Part shown: in pieces, positions 35,096 to 43,321 of the stretch
How positions within the stretch are numbered: the first letter of the stretch is position 1
How the letters are laid out: each line of letters starts with the position of its first letter
Virus record (IMG/VR): IMGVR_UViG_3300048855_000180
Span: 1 to 43,321 of that record
Direction: 5' to 3' (one strand)
Length of the DNA: 43,321 nt
DNA from: a virus
Lineage: Duplodnaviria; Caudoviricetes
Notes under the pieces: generated by a model
Seen by the model: only the letters and a program-made list of their open reading frames with translations
What the model was told of the DNA's origin: nothing
Database searches by the model: none
Made by a program: the position numbers and the translations under genes

Positions 35096-36648
35096 TCGAC
35101 CTCTTTGCCGCGCCCGGCGCCTGGCCGCTGGCCACGCTGCCGCTGGAGCTGCGGGCGCCGCCGGGCTCCAGCACCCTGCGTCTGGCCTCGGCCGGCTATC
35201 TCTCCGCCGCGGACGACAGCCCGGCCAGCACGCTCTACGAGCCCCGCATCCTGGGCGATATCGAGATCTCCGCCTCGGCGCTGGATGCCGCCGGGCTGGG
35301 CGGCCGGGTCGCGCTGGCGGGGACCGAGGTGCTGCTGCACGACGGCGATGGCTGGGCGGCGGATATGGCCCGCTACGGCACGGCGGATGGATCGGGGCTG
35401 CGGGTGCGGAGCGTGGCAGCTGTCTCGCCGCGGGCCAGCAACTTCGGCACGCCGCTGCAGGATGCGGTCACGGTGTTCCAAGGGCTGGTGGCCAATCTGC
35501 GGCTCGGAGAGGAGCGGCGCGCGGTCCTCGCCCTGGCCGATCTGTCAGAGCGGCTGAACGTCAACCTGCAGGCCAATCTCTACGGCGGCACCGGCGGCCA
35601 GGATGGCGCGCCCGAGCTTAAGGGGCTGCCCAAGCCCGTGTCCTTCGGCGAGCGCTACAACGTCGCGCCGGTGGCCCTCGGCCAGGTGGATCTCGGCGCC
35701 GGGGTGCTACCGACCTATCAGACCCACTGGCGGGGCATCCAGGGGCATACCGCGGTGCGAGTCCGCGGTGCGCCCCAGGCGGTCACCACCGGGGCACCGG
35801 GCGTCGGGGAATACCGGGACTGGCCGGCATTGGGGTGCTTCCAGTTGGGCGCCAGCCCGGACGGTGAGGTCCGCTGCGACGTGCGGGGCGACGCTTCCCC
35901 GAGCTACGCCAACACCACAGGCACCATCCTTCAGCGCATGCTGCGCACCCTGGGGCCGCAGCTGACCATGGATGATTTCGACATGGGCATGTTTGCCCTC
36001 GCCGAGGTGGACCTGCCCGGCGTCATCGGCTGGGGCTGCGGCGCCACGCCGGTCACGGCCGTGTCGGCGGCGGAAGATATCCTCAGAGCCTGCGGCGGTG
36101 TGCTCAGCGGCGGCAGGGATGGTCGGCTGCGGCTCTGGGACCCCCTGGCGCAGGATCTGCCGCAGTGGCGGCTGACGACCCCTGACGTGGTCTCCCTGAT
36201 CCCTGTTCCGATGCCGGCCTCGCTCCGCCCGGCGCCGCAGACCGCGCAGTCGTCATGGCAGAAGAACTGGGCGCCGAGCGGCGACCTGGTGGGATCGGTA
36301 GACGACGACACCCGGACACTGCTCTCCGGCACGGAAAGCATGGTCACCATCAACAGCGCGGCGCTCTCGGCCCGCGCGGCGCAGAGCCGGCAGATCAACC
36401 TCGGCGGGCTCTACGCGCAGGAGGCCGGCGCCACTGGCCGTGCGCAGCGGCTGCTGGACTGGCTGGCTCAGGGGCCGCAGTGCTTCGAGGTGGTGACCGA
36501 TGCCTACCCGGCGGCCATCGATCTCGGGCAGATCGGCGCCGTCGAGTACCCGCTCTATGGCCTGGCCGGCGGCTTCGTCGGTGTGGTGGTCGGATGGCGG
36601 GAGAGCGCCGCCACGGGGCGCGTCACCATGACACTGGCGGGGGTGTAG
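35092..36648 (+). CDS. Tail tip / hub protein
   Basis: YGGTGG.DG..ELKGLPKPVSFG...NVAP motif; GGAG RBS. Confidence 0.75.
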   Translation: MIDLFAAPGAWPLATLPLELRAPPGSSTLRLASAGYLSAADDSPASTLYEPRILGDIEISASALDAAGLGGRVALAGTEVLLHDGDGWAADMARYGTADGSGLRVRSVAAVSPRASNFGTPLQDAVTVFQGLVANLRLGEERRAVLALADLSERLNVNLQANLYGGTGGQDGAPELKGLPKPVSFGERYNVAPVALGQVDLGAGVLPTYQTHWRGIQGHTAVRVRGAPQAVTTGAPGVGEYRDWPALGCFQLGASPDGEVRCDVRGDASPSYANTTGTILQRMLRTLGPQLTMDDFDMGMFALAEVDLPGVIGWGCGATPVTAVSAAEDILRACGGVLSGGRDGRLRLWDPLAQDLPQWRLTTPDVVSLIPVPMPASLRPAPQTAQSSWQKNWAPSGDLVGSVDDDTRTLLSGTESMVTINSAALSARAAQSRQINLGGLYAQEAGATGRAQRLLDWLAQGPQCFEVVTDAYPAAIDLGQIGAVEYPLYGLAGGFVGVVVGWRESAATGRVTMTLAGV

Positions 36649-36651
36649 GGC

Positions 36652-37458
36652 ATGGCCTGCGGCATCCTGTGGCAGAACCTCGCCGACAGCGCGGCGCTCT
36701 CGCTGGCCTTCGGCACCGCGACGGTCGGCGCGCCATTGTCCAATCTGCGCGATCCGCAACCCCGCAGCCGGGCCCGGATCACTCTGGCCAGTGGCAACAA
36801 TGCCGCCCTGATCGTCGATCTGGGGGCGGTCTATCCGGTCGATACCGTCGCCCTGATCAGCACGACCTTCGGCGCCGCCAGCACCTTCATCCTGCGCGCC
36901 TCGCTAACCGACGCGGCCGGGCTGGCCGACCTGGTGTGGAGCACCGGCAGCCAGCCCTGCAGCACCGGGGACGCGGCCAATGGCAACCTGATCGTGCTGA
37001 ACGCAGCGCCGGTCAGCGCCCGCTATCTGCGGATCACGCTGGCGGACACCACGGCGGCGCAGATCGACATTGGCCGGCTGGTGGTCGGCGCCCGCACCCG
37101 CTTGGCGCGGGGCGTCGCCTACGGCCAGGAGACCGGGCGGATGATCCTCGATCGCCGGGAGCGCAATCCCTACACCGGGGCAGAGTTCGCCTCGGCGGCG
37201 CTCGCCAATCCCCGGGTCGATCAGTTCACCCTGCCATCCCTCGGCCTGGATGAGATCGACGGGCCGCTGCGCGACCTGACCTATGCCCTGGGGGGCGTGG
37301 GTGACGCGCTGTGGATACCGGATGACACCGTTTCCCGAGCCGAACTGAATCAGCGCTGCCTGTGGGGTGCGATCAACCCCGCAGGCGCCGACGCTCTGGC
37401 GAGCCGGACGAAATCGACCCGCGGCAGCCGGCAGTTCCGGGTCGTCGAACGGCTCTGA
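36652..37458 (+). CDS. Tail tip protein (distal-tail-like)
   Basis: SNLRDPQP, VDLGA, ARYLRITL, IDIGRLVVG. Confidence 0.7.
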   Translation: MACGILWQNLADSAALSLAFGTATVGAPLSNLRDPQPRSRARITLASGNNAALIVDLGAVYPVDTVALISTTFGAASTFILRASLTDAAGLADLVWSTGSQPCSTGDAANGNLIVLNAAPVSARYLRITLADTTAAQIDIGRLVVGARTRLARGVAYGQETGRMILDRRERNPYTGAEFASAALANPRVDQFTLPSLGLDEIDGPLRDLTYALGGVGDALWIPDDTVSRAELNQRCLWGAINPAGADALASRTKSTRGSRQFRVVERL

Positions 37459-37501
37459 CCATCGGGGCTCGGCCCCACCCCTAAAATCTGGAGGTTACCG
37501 C

Positions 37502-38593
37502 ATGTCGGGCACTTACCCCGCAGTGGTGATGCGCGCGCGCATTGGCGCGGTGAATACGGCGCGCAGAGCCAGGGTGAACATCGGGTCCGACGTCCGGATA
37601 TTCGTGGATGTCACCAATGCGCTTACCGGCTTGCCGGTCGAGAACATCACGGTCCCCGCAGCACTCTACTGGCTCCCGGGCACGTCGGCGGACCTTAGCG
37701 CGGGGCAACCGGCCGAGGTCTCGCTCTTTGCCCCTGGCGTCTTGACCTTCGTGGTGCCGGCGGAGATCTCGAACACCTATGCCTTCTGGATTGGCATCGA
37801 GGGGCCAATTCGTACGGCGTATGACGGGGCCTTCGACGTCTCCAGCAATGGCGTTCCGAGCGGACTGACATTCGCCGTCAGCCAGTGGAACGAGGTTCTG
37901 GCTGCTGCCGCCGCGTCGGGCGCATCCGCCGCCGGTTGGACCTATCGCGAACTGGCGCCGCGTCTCGCGGCCTTGGAGGCCCTAACCAGCTACGTGGTGC
38001 CGACCCTCTCGGCCTTCACCGCCGCTCCGGCTGTGGCGGAGGTCGGGGCATCGGTCGCCTCCGTGGTGCTGACCGTCACCCGCAACCGGATGGATCTGCC
38101 GGTGGCAATCACCGGCGCCAGCACTGCGACCATCCCCGCGGGGCAGACCAGCGTGACGGTGCCCGGACCCTTCACGGCCGCGGCGACCTGGACGGCCATG
38201 GTGACCGATCCCAGCCCGCCGCCGGAGCAACTGGCTACAGCGACGCGCCCGGTCACCCTGTCGTTTCAGAGCCGCCGCTATTGGGGCGTCTCTGCCAGCG
38301 CCACGCCAGATGACGCGGCGATCCTGGCGATGGCAAGCGAGTTCGCCACGGCGGCCTCTGCCCGCAAGACAGTGGACCTGACCCTCGCGGCGCAGCGCCC
38401 TGTCTTAGCGCAGCCAGCGGCATGGCCGATCGCTGTCACCATCCGCATCGCGGGCTTCGACTACACGAATTTCACCGACACCGTGCGCGACCTGACGAAC
38501 GCCTCCGGCGGCGTCGTGAGCTACCGCGTCCGCGTGCTCGACAACCTGCTGGGCACCGCCGAAGCGCCCGAGACCCTGGAGGTGACCTTCTGA
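37502..38593 (+). CDS. Virion structural protein with Ig-like region (possible fibre adaptor)
   Basis: GGAGG RBS; Thr/Val-rich beta segments; SFQSRRYWG. Confidence 0.6.
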   Translation: MSGTYPAVVMRARIGAVNTARRARVNIGSDVRIFVDVTNALTGLPVENITVPAALYWLPGTSADLSAGQPAEVSLFAPGVLTFVVPAEISNTYAFWIGIEGPIRTAYDGAFDVSSNGVPSGLTFAVSQWNEVLAAAAASGASAAGWTYRELAPRLAALEALTSYVVPTLSAFTAAPAVAEVGASVASVVLTVTRNRMDLPVAITGASTATIPAGQTSVTVPGPFTAAATWTAMVTDPSPPPEQLATATRPVTLSFQSRRYWGVSASATPDDAAILAMASEFATAASARKTVDLTLAAQRPVLAQPAAWPIAVTIRIAGFDYTNFTDTVRDLTNASGGVVSYRVRVLDNLLGTAEAPETLEVTF

Positions 38594-40971
38594 TGGCTGA
38601 CAAGGGCATCCCCATTGCCGGCCGCTTCCGCCGCATCAGCGGTGAGCCCCTGGCAGGGCCAGATGATATTGAAGGCCTGTCGGGCACGCTGGACGGCCTC
38701 GACACCCGCGCCGCGGCGTTGGAGCAGGGTCAGACCAGCGACCGCATCACGGCCGCCTCGTGGCTGGAGCTTGTGGGAAAGCCGGGCGCCTTCGCGGGCC
38801 AGGGCGGCGAGGTGGTGGGGCTGCTGTCCTCCACGCACAATGACCCGGCCAGCGGCCTGACAGTCTCGGATGGTGGCATTTATCGCTGGTCCACCGCTCC
38901 CGCCCGCTGGGACCGAATCGGGGACAATTCGGATCAGGTCGTGGCGTCCAAGGTGGCGATCGGCGTGGCGGATGCCGTGCAGCCGATTGACGGCAGGCTG
39001 GCAGCCCGCGAGCAGCAGATCGACGGCCAGCGGGTCACGGCCGCGACGGCGCGACAGGTGCGCGGCGGAGGCATCCGCGACGGCATTATCGCGCCCATCC
39101 GGACGCTGATCGGTCTGGGAAAGGCCACTCCCAAGCGCGTGATCGGCCGGGACAGGTATGGCCGGGCGGATTTGGTCCCCACCCCCGGCACCGTGGCGCG
39201 GGTTGAGAGTGGGTTGAGCGACCAGGTCGTCAAGGTGCAAGACGGGCACATCACTCGCCCCATGCGGCTGCCAGCGCCAACCAGCACGCGGGACGGCTCG
39301 GTTGGCGGCGGCTGGCGAACCATGTGGCGGATCGGCGACAAGGCTCCGCTTCGCTCGGACTCCCGCGGCCGCGTTGACCTCGTGCCCTCGCCCCAGATGA
39401 TGGGCCGTGTCGTGGACGGGTTGGACGGCACCGCAGTCGTCAAGCGGGACGCGACGGACCGCGTCTCGGCGGCGGGCGTCAACGTCGCCAGTTCCTCTGT
39501 ATCGCTCCGTGACGGCCCTCTGGGGACCTTTCGCAGCCTTTGGGGTATGGGGCGGATCCGAAAGAAGCAGCTGATCGGGCGGGATAAGCAGGGCCGCATC
39601 AACTACGTTCCGACCCCCGCGCTGGTGTCGCACTACCGGGATGTGCTCGGGATCAACAGCTACCTCGATCTCGGGGCGCTCCGCGGCGGCTATGATCCAA
39701 TCTACGTGCAGGCACTGGCGGATGGCCGGACACTGGCACTGCTGCAAGAGCGGAGTGGCAAGCTCTTCTCCGCGTTCCAGCGCAACGACCTCCTGTCCAC
39801 GACTGCACTAGCCAATGGCGCCGGGCCGATCCGGCTGATTATCTTCCACGGCCAGAGCAACGCCTATACCGCAGGGACCGCCGGGACCAATCCGCTGCAG
39901 GGCAAGGTGTGGCCGCATCACGCCATGAGCTTCAGCAATCGCGATGGGTTCGACGGCAACGTAGCGCTCGATCCTGGGACGTTTGTTGACCTGACGCCGC
40001 TCAACCCGACCACGGCAGGGGGCCTCTCGCTTGCAACGGCCACCGCATTTGCCTTGGAGCAACTGCTGCGCGATGCCGGACGTCCTTCCGGGGGCACGCT
40101 CGTCTGGTCCAGCAACTGGGGCGGGCAGCCCATCTCTGCCATTTCCAAAGGAACGCTGCCCTACGGCAATCTCATGACTGGGGTGGCGCGGATGGTGGCT
40201 GTGGCGGCTCGGTATGGCCGTGCCGTTGAGGTGGTCGCGCATGTGTTCGACCACGGCGAAAATGAGAGCGACGGCTACGAGGCTGCGCTTGCCACGCTCA
40301 TGGCGGACACGCGCGCGGACACGCAGGCCCTGACCGGCCAGGCGGCGCCGCCGCTGACCTTCGTCATGCAGATCAGCGCAACCGACAGCAAGACGACCAC
40401 GATCCCGGTCCCCCTGGCGCAGCTCGCCTATGCCAAGGCTAACGCGGCGGTGTCTCTGCAGCCGCGCTACTACACGCCGCTCGCTGCCGATCAGATACAC
40501 GGCACCGCCATCGGCAAAATGATGGTTGGCGAGCGGGTGGCATCCGAGCTGATGGATCGGCTTGCGGGGGTTGCACCGCTGCGGTTCTGGCCTACCAGCA
40601 TCACGCGGGCCGGCAATGTCGTCACCGTTACGCTGCCCTACCCGGCCGCATGGGACGAAATCTGGGTCAAAGCTGTCGCCAATAGAGCGTTCACCTATCT
40701 CGGCTCAGACAGCGGCAGCATCAGCGTCACGGGCGTCGCCATCACCGGAACCTATACCGTGGGGGTGACCTTGAGCGGCACCCCCACGGCTTCCGATCGC
40801 CGGCTTGCTTATGCCCGCCAGGACCCGTCCGTGACGGTTGACGGGTGGTCCAGCAGCCGGGGGCAGCTCTGCACGGCAACTGGCCGCCAGAGTGTCTATC
40901 AGCGCCTGGGCTTCGCGGTGCCGGCGACGATCAACCAGTACTGCGCACAATTCGAGGAGGTCATTCCATGA
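38593..40971 (+). CDS. Tail-associated protein with SGNH-fold O-acetylesterase domain
   Basis: HGQSN (39847-39861), GGQPI, DHGENE and DQIH (40489-40500) blocks; three 72-aa repeats upstream. Confidence 0.8.
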   Translation: MADKGIPIAGRFRRISGEPLAGPDDIEGLSGTLDGLDTRAAALEQGQTSDRITAASWLELVGKPGAFAGQGGEVVGLLSSTHNDPASGLTVSDGGIYRWSTAPARWDRIGDNSDQVVASKVAIGVADAVQPIDGRLAAREQQIDGQRVTAATARQVRGGGIRDGIIAPIRTLIGLGKATPKRVIGRDRYGRADLVPTPGTVARVESGLSDQVVKVQDGHITRPMRLPAPTSTRDGSVGGGWRTMWRIGDKAPLRSDSRGRVDLVPSPQMMGRVVDGLDGTAVVKRDATDRVSAAGVNVASSSVSLRDGPLGTFRSLWGMGRIRKKQLIGRDKQGRINYVPTPALVSHYRDVLGINSYLDLGALRGGYDPIYVQALADGRTLALLQERSGKLFSAFQRNDLLSTTALANGAGPIRLIIFHGQSNAYTAGTAGTNPLQGKVWPHHAMSFSNRDGFDGNVALDPGTFVDLTPLNPTTAGGLSLATATAFALEQLLRDAGRPSGGTLVWSSNWGGQPISAISKGTLPYGNLMTGVARMVAVAARYGRAVEVVAHVFDHGENESDGYEAALATLMADTRADTQALTGQAAPPLTFVMQISATDSKTTTIPVPLAQLAYAKANAAVSLQPRYYTPLAADQIHGTAIGKMMVGERVASELMDRLAGVAPLRFWPTSITRAGNVVTVTLPYPAAWDEIWVKAVANRAFTYLGSDSGSISVTGVAITGTYTVGVTLSGTPTASDRRLAYARQDPSVTVDGWSSSRGQLCTATGRQSVYQRLGFAVPATINQYCAQFEEVIP

Positions 40972-41798
40972 GCGGTAGCACCGACGCTTTCTCCCCCATC
41001 TGGCTCGACGGCGAAGTGGAGGGGGACGAACTTCCCGACCATGACGACCGTTCCTGGGGCCAGATCCTGCGGGCGCGGAGCGACTTCCGACGCTGGATCC
41101 GGGGCACCGCCAATGCGGTGACCATCACGGATGGCAAGGTGGCCGCGGTCGCCGACCTGGGCGGGGGAGGCAATGTCTTTGCGCAGGCGACCGCCGCCCG
41201 TCGTCCGGTGATGTCCAACGCGGAGGACGAAGCAACTTCAGCACTTTCCTTCGATGGTGCAGCCTGGATGCCGCGTGTGGCCGATCCGGTGAATTGGACG
41301 CAGCCATGGACGATGGTTGCTGTGACACGCGCGACACAGAAAGAAGCTGCGATCCAGTATCGGGCGGTGTGCGGAGCGCAAGACAGCGGAACAGCCCGCC
41401 ATGGCATCCTCTACGCGCGCCGCAACACGACGGCCCCCGATCCTACGTCATTCCCCGTCTGGACCGCTGCGCACGGGGCGGGGCAGGTTACTGTGTTCGG
41501 CGTCTGGGACGAACTGGCTTTGGTCATCGTCTCTTTCGACGGCACCACGCTGCGCATGTGGTTCAACGACGCGGAGCCTGTCTCGATCGCCACGACGGCC
41601 GCGCTCGCCGTGACGAACCAGTACCAGCTCGCGGCGATCAACAACGCCGGGGGATATGCCTACCTCGGCACGATCGAGGACATGGTTTGGTTCCAGGCCG
41701 ATGGGAATGCCGACAGCGCGTTGCTGGTCAATCAGCTCAAGAATTGGGCCGCCAGCGCGTTCGCGGAGCTTGGCCTGACGCCCCCGGCGGTGCCGTGA
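40968..41798 (+). CDS. LamG/ConA-like lectin-fold protein
   Basis: LSFDG, WTMVAV, VSFDGTTLRMWFND, YLGTIED; GGAGG RBS. Confidence 0.65.
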   Translation: MSGSTDAFSPIWLDGEVEGDELPDHDDRSWGQILRARSDFRRWIRGTANAVTITDGKVAAVADLGGGGNVFAQATAARRPVMSNAEDEATSALSFDGAAWMPRVADPVNWTQPWTMVAVTRATQKEAAIQYRAVCGAQDSGTARHGILYARRNTTAPDPTSFPVWTAAHGAGQVTVFGVWDELALVIVSFDGTTLRMWFNDAEPVSIATTAALAVTNQYQLAAINNAGGYAYLGTIEDMVWFQADGNADSALLVNQLKNWAASAFAELGLTPPAVP

Positions 41799-41858
41799 CA
41801 TGAGCCCGCCCCGCGTCGTTCGGATCGTGGTCCGCCGAACATGAATGGAGGATCAGCA

Positions 41859-42305
41859 ATGACCGCGCTGCGTCGTCTGGGGCGCTGGTTCGCTCGCTTG
41901 GTGCATCGCCCGGCGGAGCTGTTCGAGGTGGCGTCCAGCTGCGGCACGATAGGGCTGGTGGGTATTGCGCTCGTCAACCACGGCAACCCCCGTGTGGTGC
42001 CCAGCTTGTCGCTGCTGGCTGAGATCGTGCCTGAGCCCGTGTGGCTGCTCGGAGCCGGTGCGGCAGCACTGCTGCAGCTGTTCGCGCTTCACATGGACGA
42101 TCCTGAGGATCAGCGGCACCCCTTCCTGCAGCCTCAGAAATGGGTGCGCAGCGGCGCAGCAGCCGTGAACTGCACTTGGTATCTGATCCTGATCTGGGCT
42201 GTCGGGATCTCGGTTGGTCTCAACCATGTGCAGGCGATGTACGCCATGGCGGCCGGAATGAACCTCTACATCGTCGCTCATGTGCTCGTCAGGGTACGCG
42301 AGTGA
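41859..42305 (+). CDS. Four-TM membrane protein (holin-like)
   Basis: Four hydrophobic segments; GGAGGA RBS; lysis-cassette position. Confidence 0.6.
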   Translation: MTALRRLGRWFARLVHRPAELFEVASSCGTIGLVGIALVNHGNPRVVPSLSLLAEIVPEPVWLLGAGAAALLQLFALHMDDPEDQRHPFLQPQKWVRSGAAAVNCTWYLILIWAVGISVGLNHVQAMYAMAAGMNLYIVAHVLVRVRE

Positions 42306-42904
42306 TGGAGGCCGCTATCGAGGGATTGCCGCCGGCTGCGCAGGCCCTGCTGGGCGGCGTGGGAACCGGTGCAGTCGGGATCATCATCTTCCTTTGGAAG
42401 GCCTATCGCGACTATCGGAAGGACAAGCTGCAGGAAGAGCGTGACCGGCTGCAGGCAGAGCGCGACCGAGAGAAGGTCGAGGAAGAGCGCGAGGCGGCCC
42501 GCCGAGGCCGTCTGGATCGTGGCTTCGGCGCTCTAGATGATAGCCGCGACCGTCAGATCACGCGCCTGACAGCCGAGGCGGAGGCTGCGGAGCGCCGTCA
42601 CAGCCTCGACCGCGAGCGTTGGTCAGCGGACCTGTCCCGTGAGCGGGAGGCGCACCAGCGCACTGCCGAGGATCGCGACGAAGGCTGGGATCGTGGCAGG
42701 GGCATGGAGCAAGTCGCTCATCAGCACCGTCACGATTTCACGAACTTGCTGTTCGCGATTTACAGCGCCGGTCGGCTCGGAGCGCCGCTGCCCGATGCCG
42801 TGACCCGGACCTACGAAGCGGGCAAGAGCGGAGAGCCGATCCCGCCCAACCTGCTGCCGCCTCCGGTACCGCCTCTGCCGAACACGGACAGGCGCCGGCC
42901 ATAG
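42305..42904 (+). CDS. Single-TM coiled-coil protein of the lysis region
   Basis: LLGGVGTGAVGIIIFLW followed by a highly charged helix and Pro-rich tail; TGATG coupling. Confidence 0.7.
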   Translation: MEAAIEGLPPAAQALLGGVGTGAVGIIIFLWKAYRDYRKDKLQEERDRLQAERDREKVEEEREAARRGRLDRGFGALDDSRDRQITRLTAEAEAAERRHSLDRERWSADLSREREAHQRTAEDRDEGWDRGRGMEQVAHQHRHDFTNLLFAIYSAGRLGAPLPDAVTRTYEAGKSGEPIPPNLLPPPVPPLPNTDRRRP

Positions 42905-42958
42905 TTCCCGCGCGCGGCCTGGGACAAGCCGCGCAACCCCTGACAATCAGGAATCACC

Positions 42959-43321
42959 ATGGAAACCTGGGATGAAATCCGGGCTCTGCTCGATCTCGCC
43001 TTGCGCGGGCTCGCAGTCGGGCTGATCGGCCTGCTGGGCTATGCCGTCACGCTGCTGGTGCCGATTGCCCGTACGTGGCTGGCCGAGAAAATCACGTCCT
43101 CCGCCATGGCCCGCCTGACCGAGCAGGCGACCGGCCGGGCTGCGCAGATCGTGTCGGGCGCGGCGGAGGCAGCCACCGTTTCGCAGCAGGCCATGGAAAT
43201 GGCATCCGCCATGCCCCAGGCCATGAAGAACGCCGAGGCCTCAGTCGAAGGTGTCGGCAAGCTGATCGCCCGCAAGGTCGCGGAGATCAAGGTCTCCGTC
43301 GCGGAGGTGCCCAAGTCATGA
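42959..43321 (+). CDS. Putative holin-like single-TM protein
   Basis: N-terminal hydrophobic helix; ends in ATGA, suggesting a coupled next gene beyond the window. Confidence 0.55.
   Translation: METWDEIRALLDLALRGLAVGLIGLLGYAVTLLVPIARTWLAEKITSSAMARLTEQATGRAAQIVSGAAEAATVSQQAMEMASAMPQAMKNAEASVEGVGKLIARKVAEIKVSVAEVPKS

Larger units (their letters stand above)
1..43321. mobile_element. Temperate lambdoid siphovirus prophage (integrase through lysis region; ends lie outside the window)
   Basis: Ordered modules int/xis, early genes, cI/cro, replication, cos/terminase, head, tail and holin-like genes; no host housekeeping genes seen. Confidence 0.97.

Noticed and set aside
33849-41798. Diversity-generating retroelement or invertible tail-fibre cassette
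   Set aside because: No reverse transcriptase, TR/VR pair, invertase or flanking inverted repeats seen
1-43321. tRNA/rRNA genes, IS elements, attL/attR core duplication
   Set aside because: None recognised by eye; the window begins at the int stop and ends within the lysis region, so att cores are probably outside

Overview
The window is a nearly complete, apparently intact temperate siphovirus prophage of lambdoid organisation. The high GC and gene content suggest an alphaproteobacterial, possibly Acetobacteraceae/Roseomonas-like, host (inference). From left to right it carries: a tyrosine integrase and excisionase; a gap-free leftward early operon of about 20 small, translationally coupled genes (including Ea22-like and NUMOD4-HNH genes); a cI/cro switch with four ATAGG-N6-CCTA(T/G) operators; a replication/recombination module (Sak4-like ATPase, DUF669 SSB, Cas4-like exonuclease, an inserted EndoVII-type endonuclease, SF2 helicase, prim-pol/helicase) followed by an AT-rich inverted-repeat origin candidate; a late regulator with a promoter-terminator pair; a lambda-like cosQ-cosN site; terminase, gpW, portal and a ClpP-capsid fusion; tail genes with a -1 frameshift chaperone; a reverse-strand lipoprotein moron; a tape measure with 309-bp repeats; tail-tip genes, an SGNH esterase tail protein and a LamG-like protein; and three membrane/lysis genes. 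The att cores and endolysin are not in the window. The most intriguing signal is a peptide between helicase and primase that resembles the C-terminal tail of host DnaX (tau), in a phage with no polymerase gene in this window. All family assignments come from motif recognition by eye, not from database searches.
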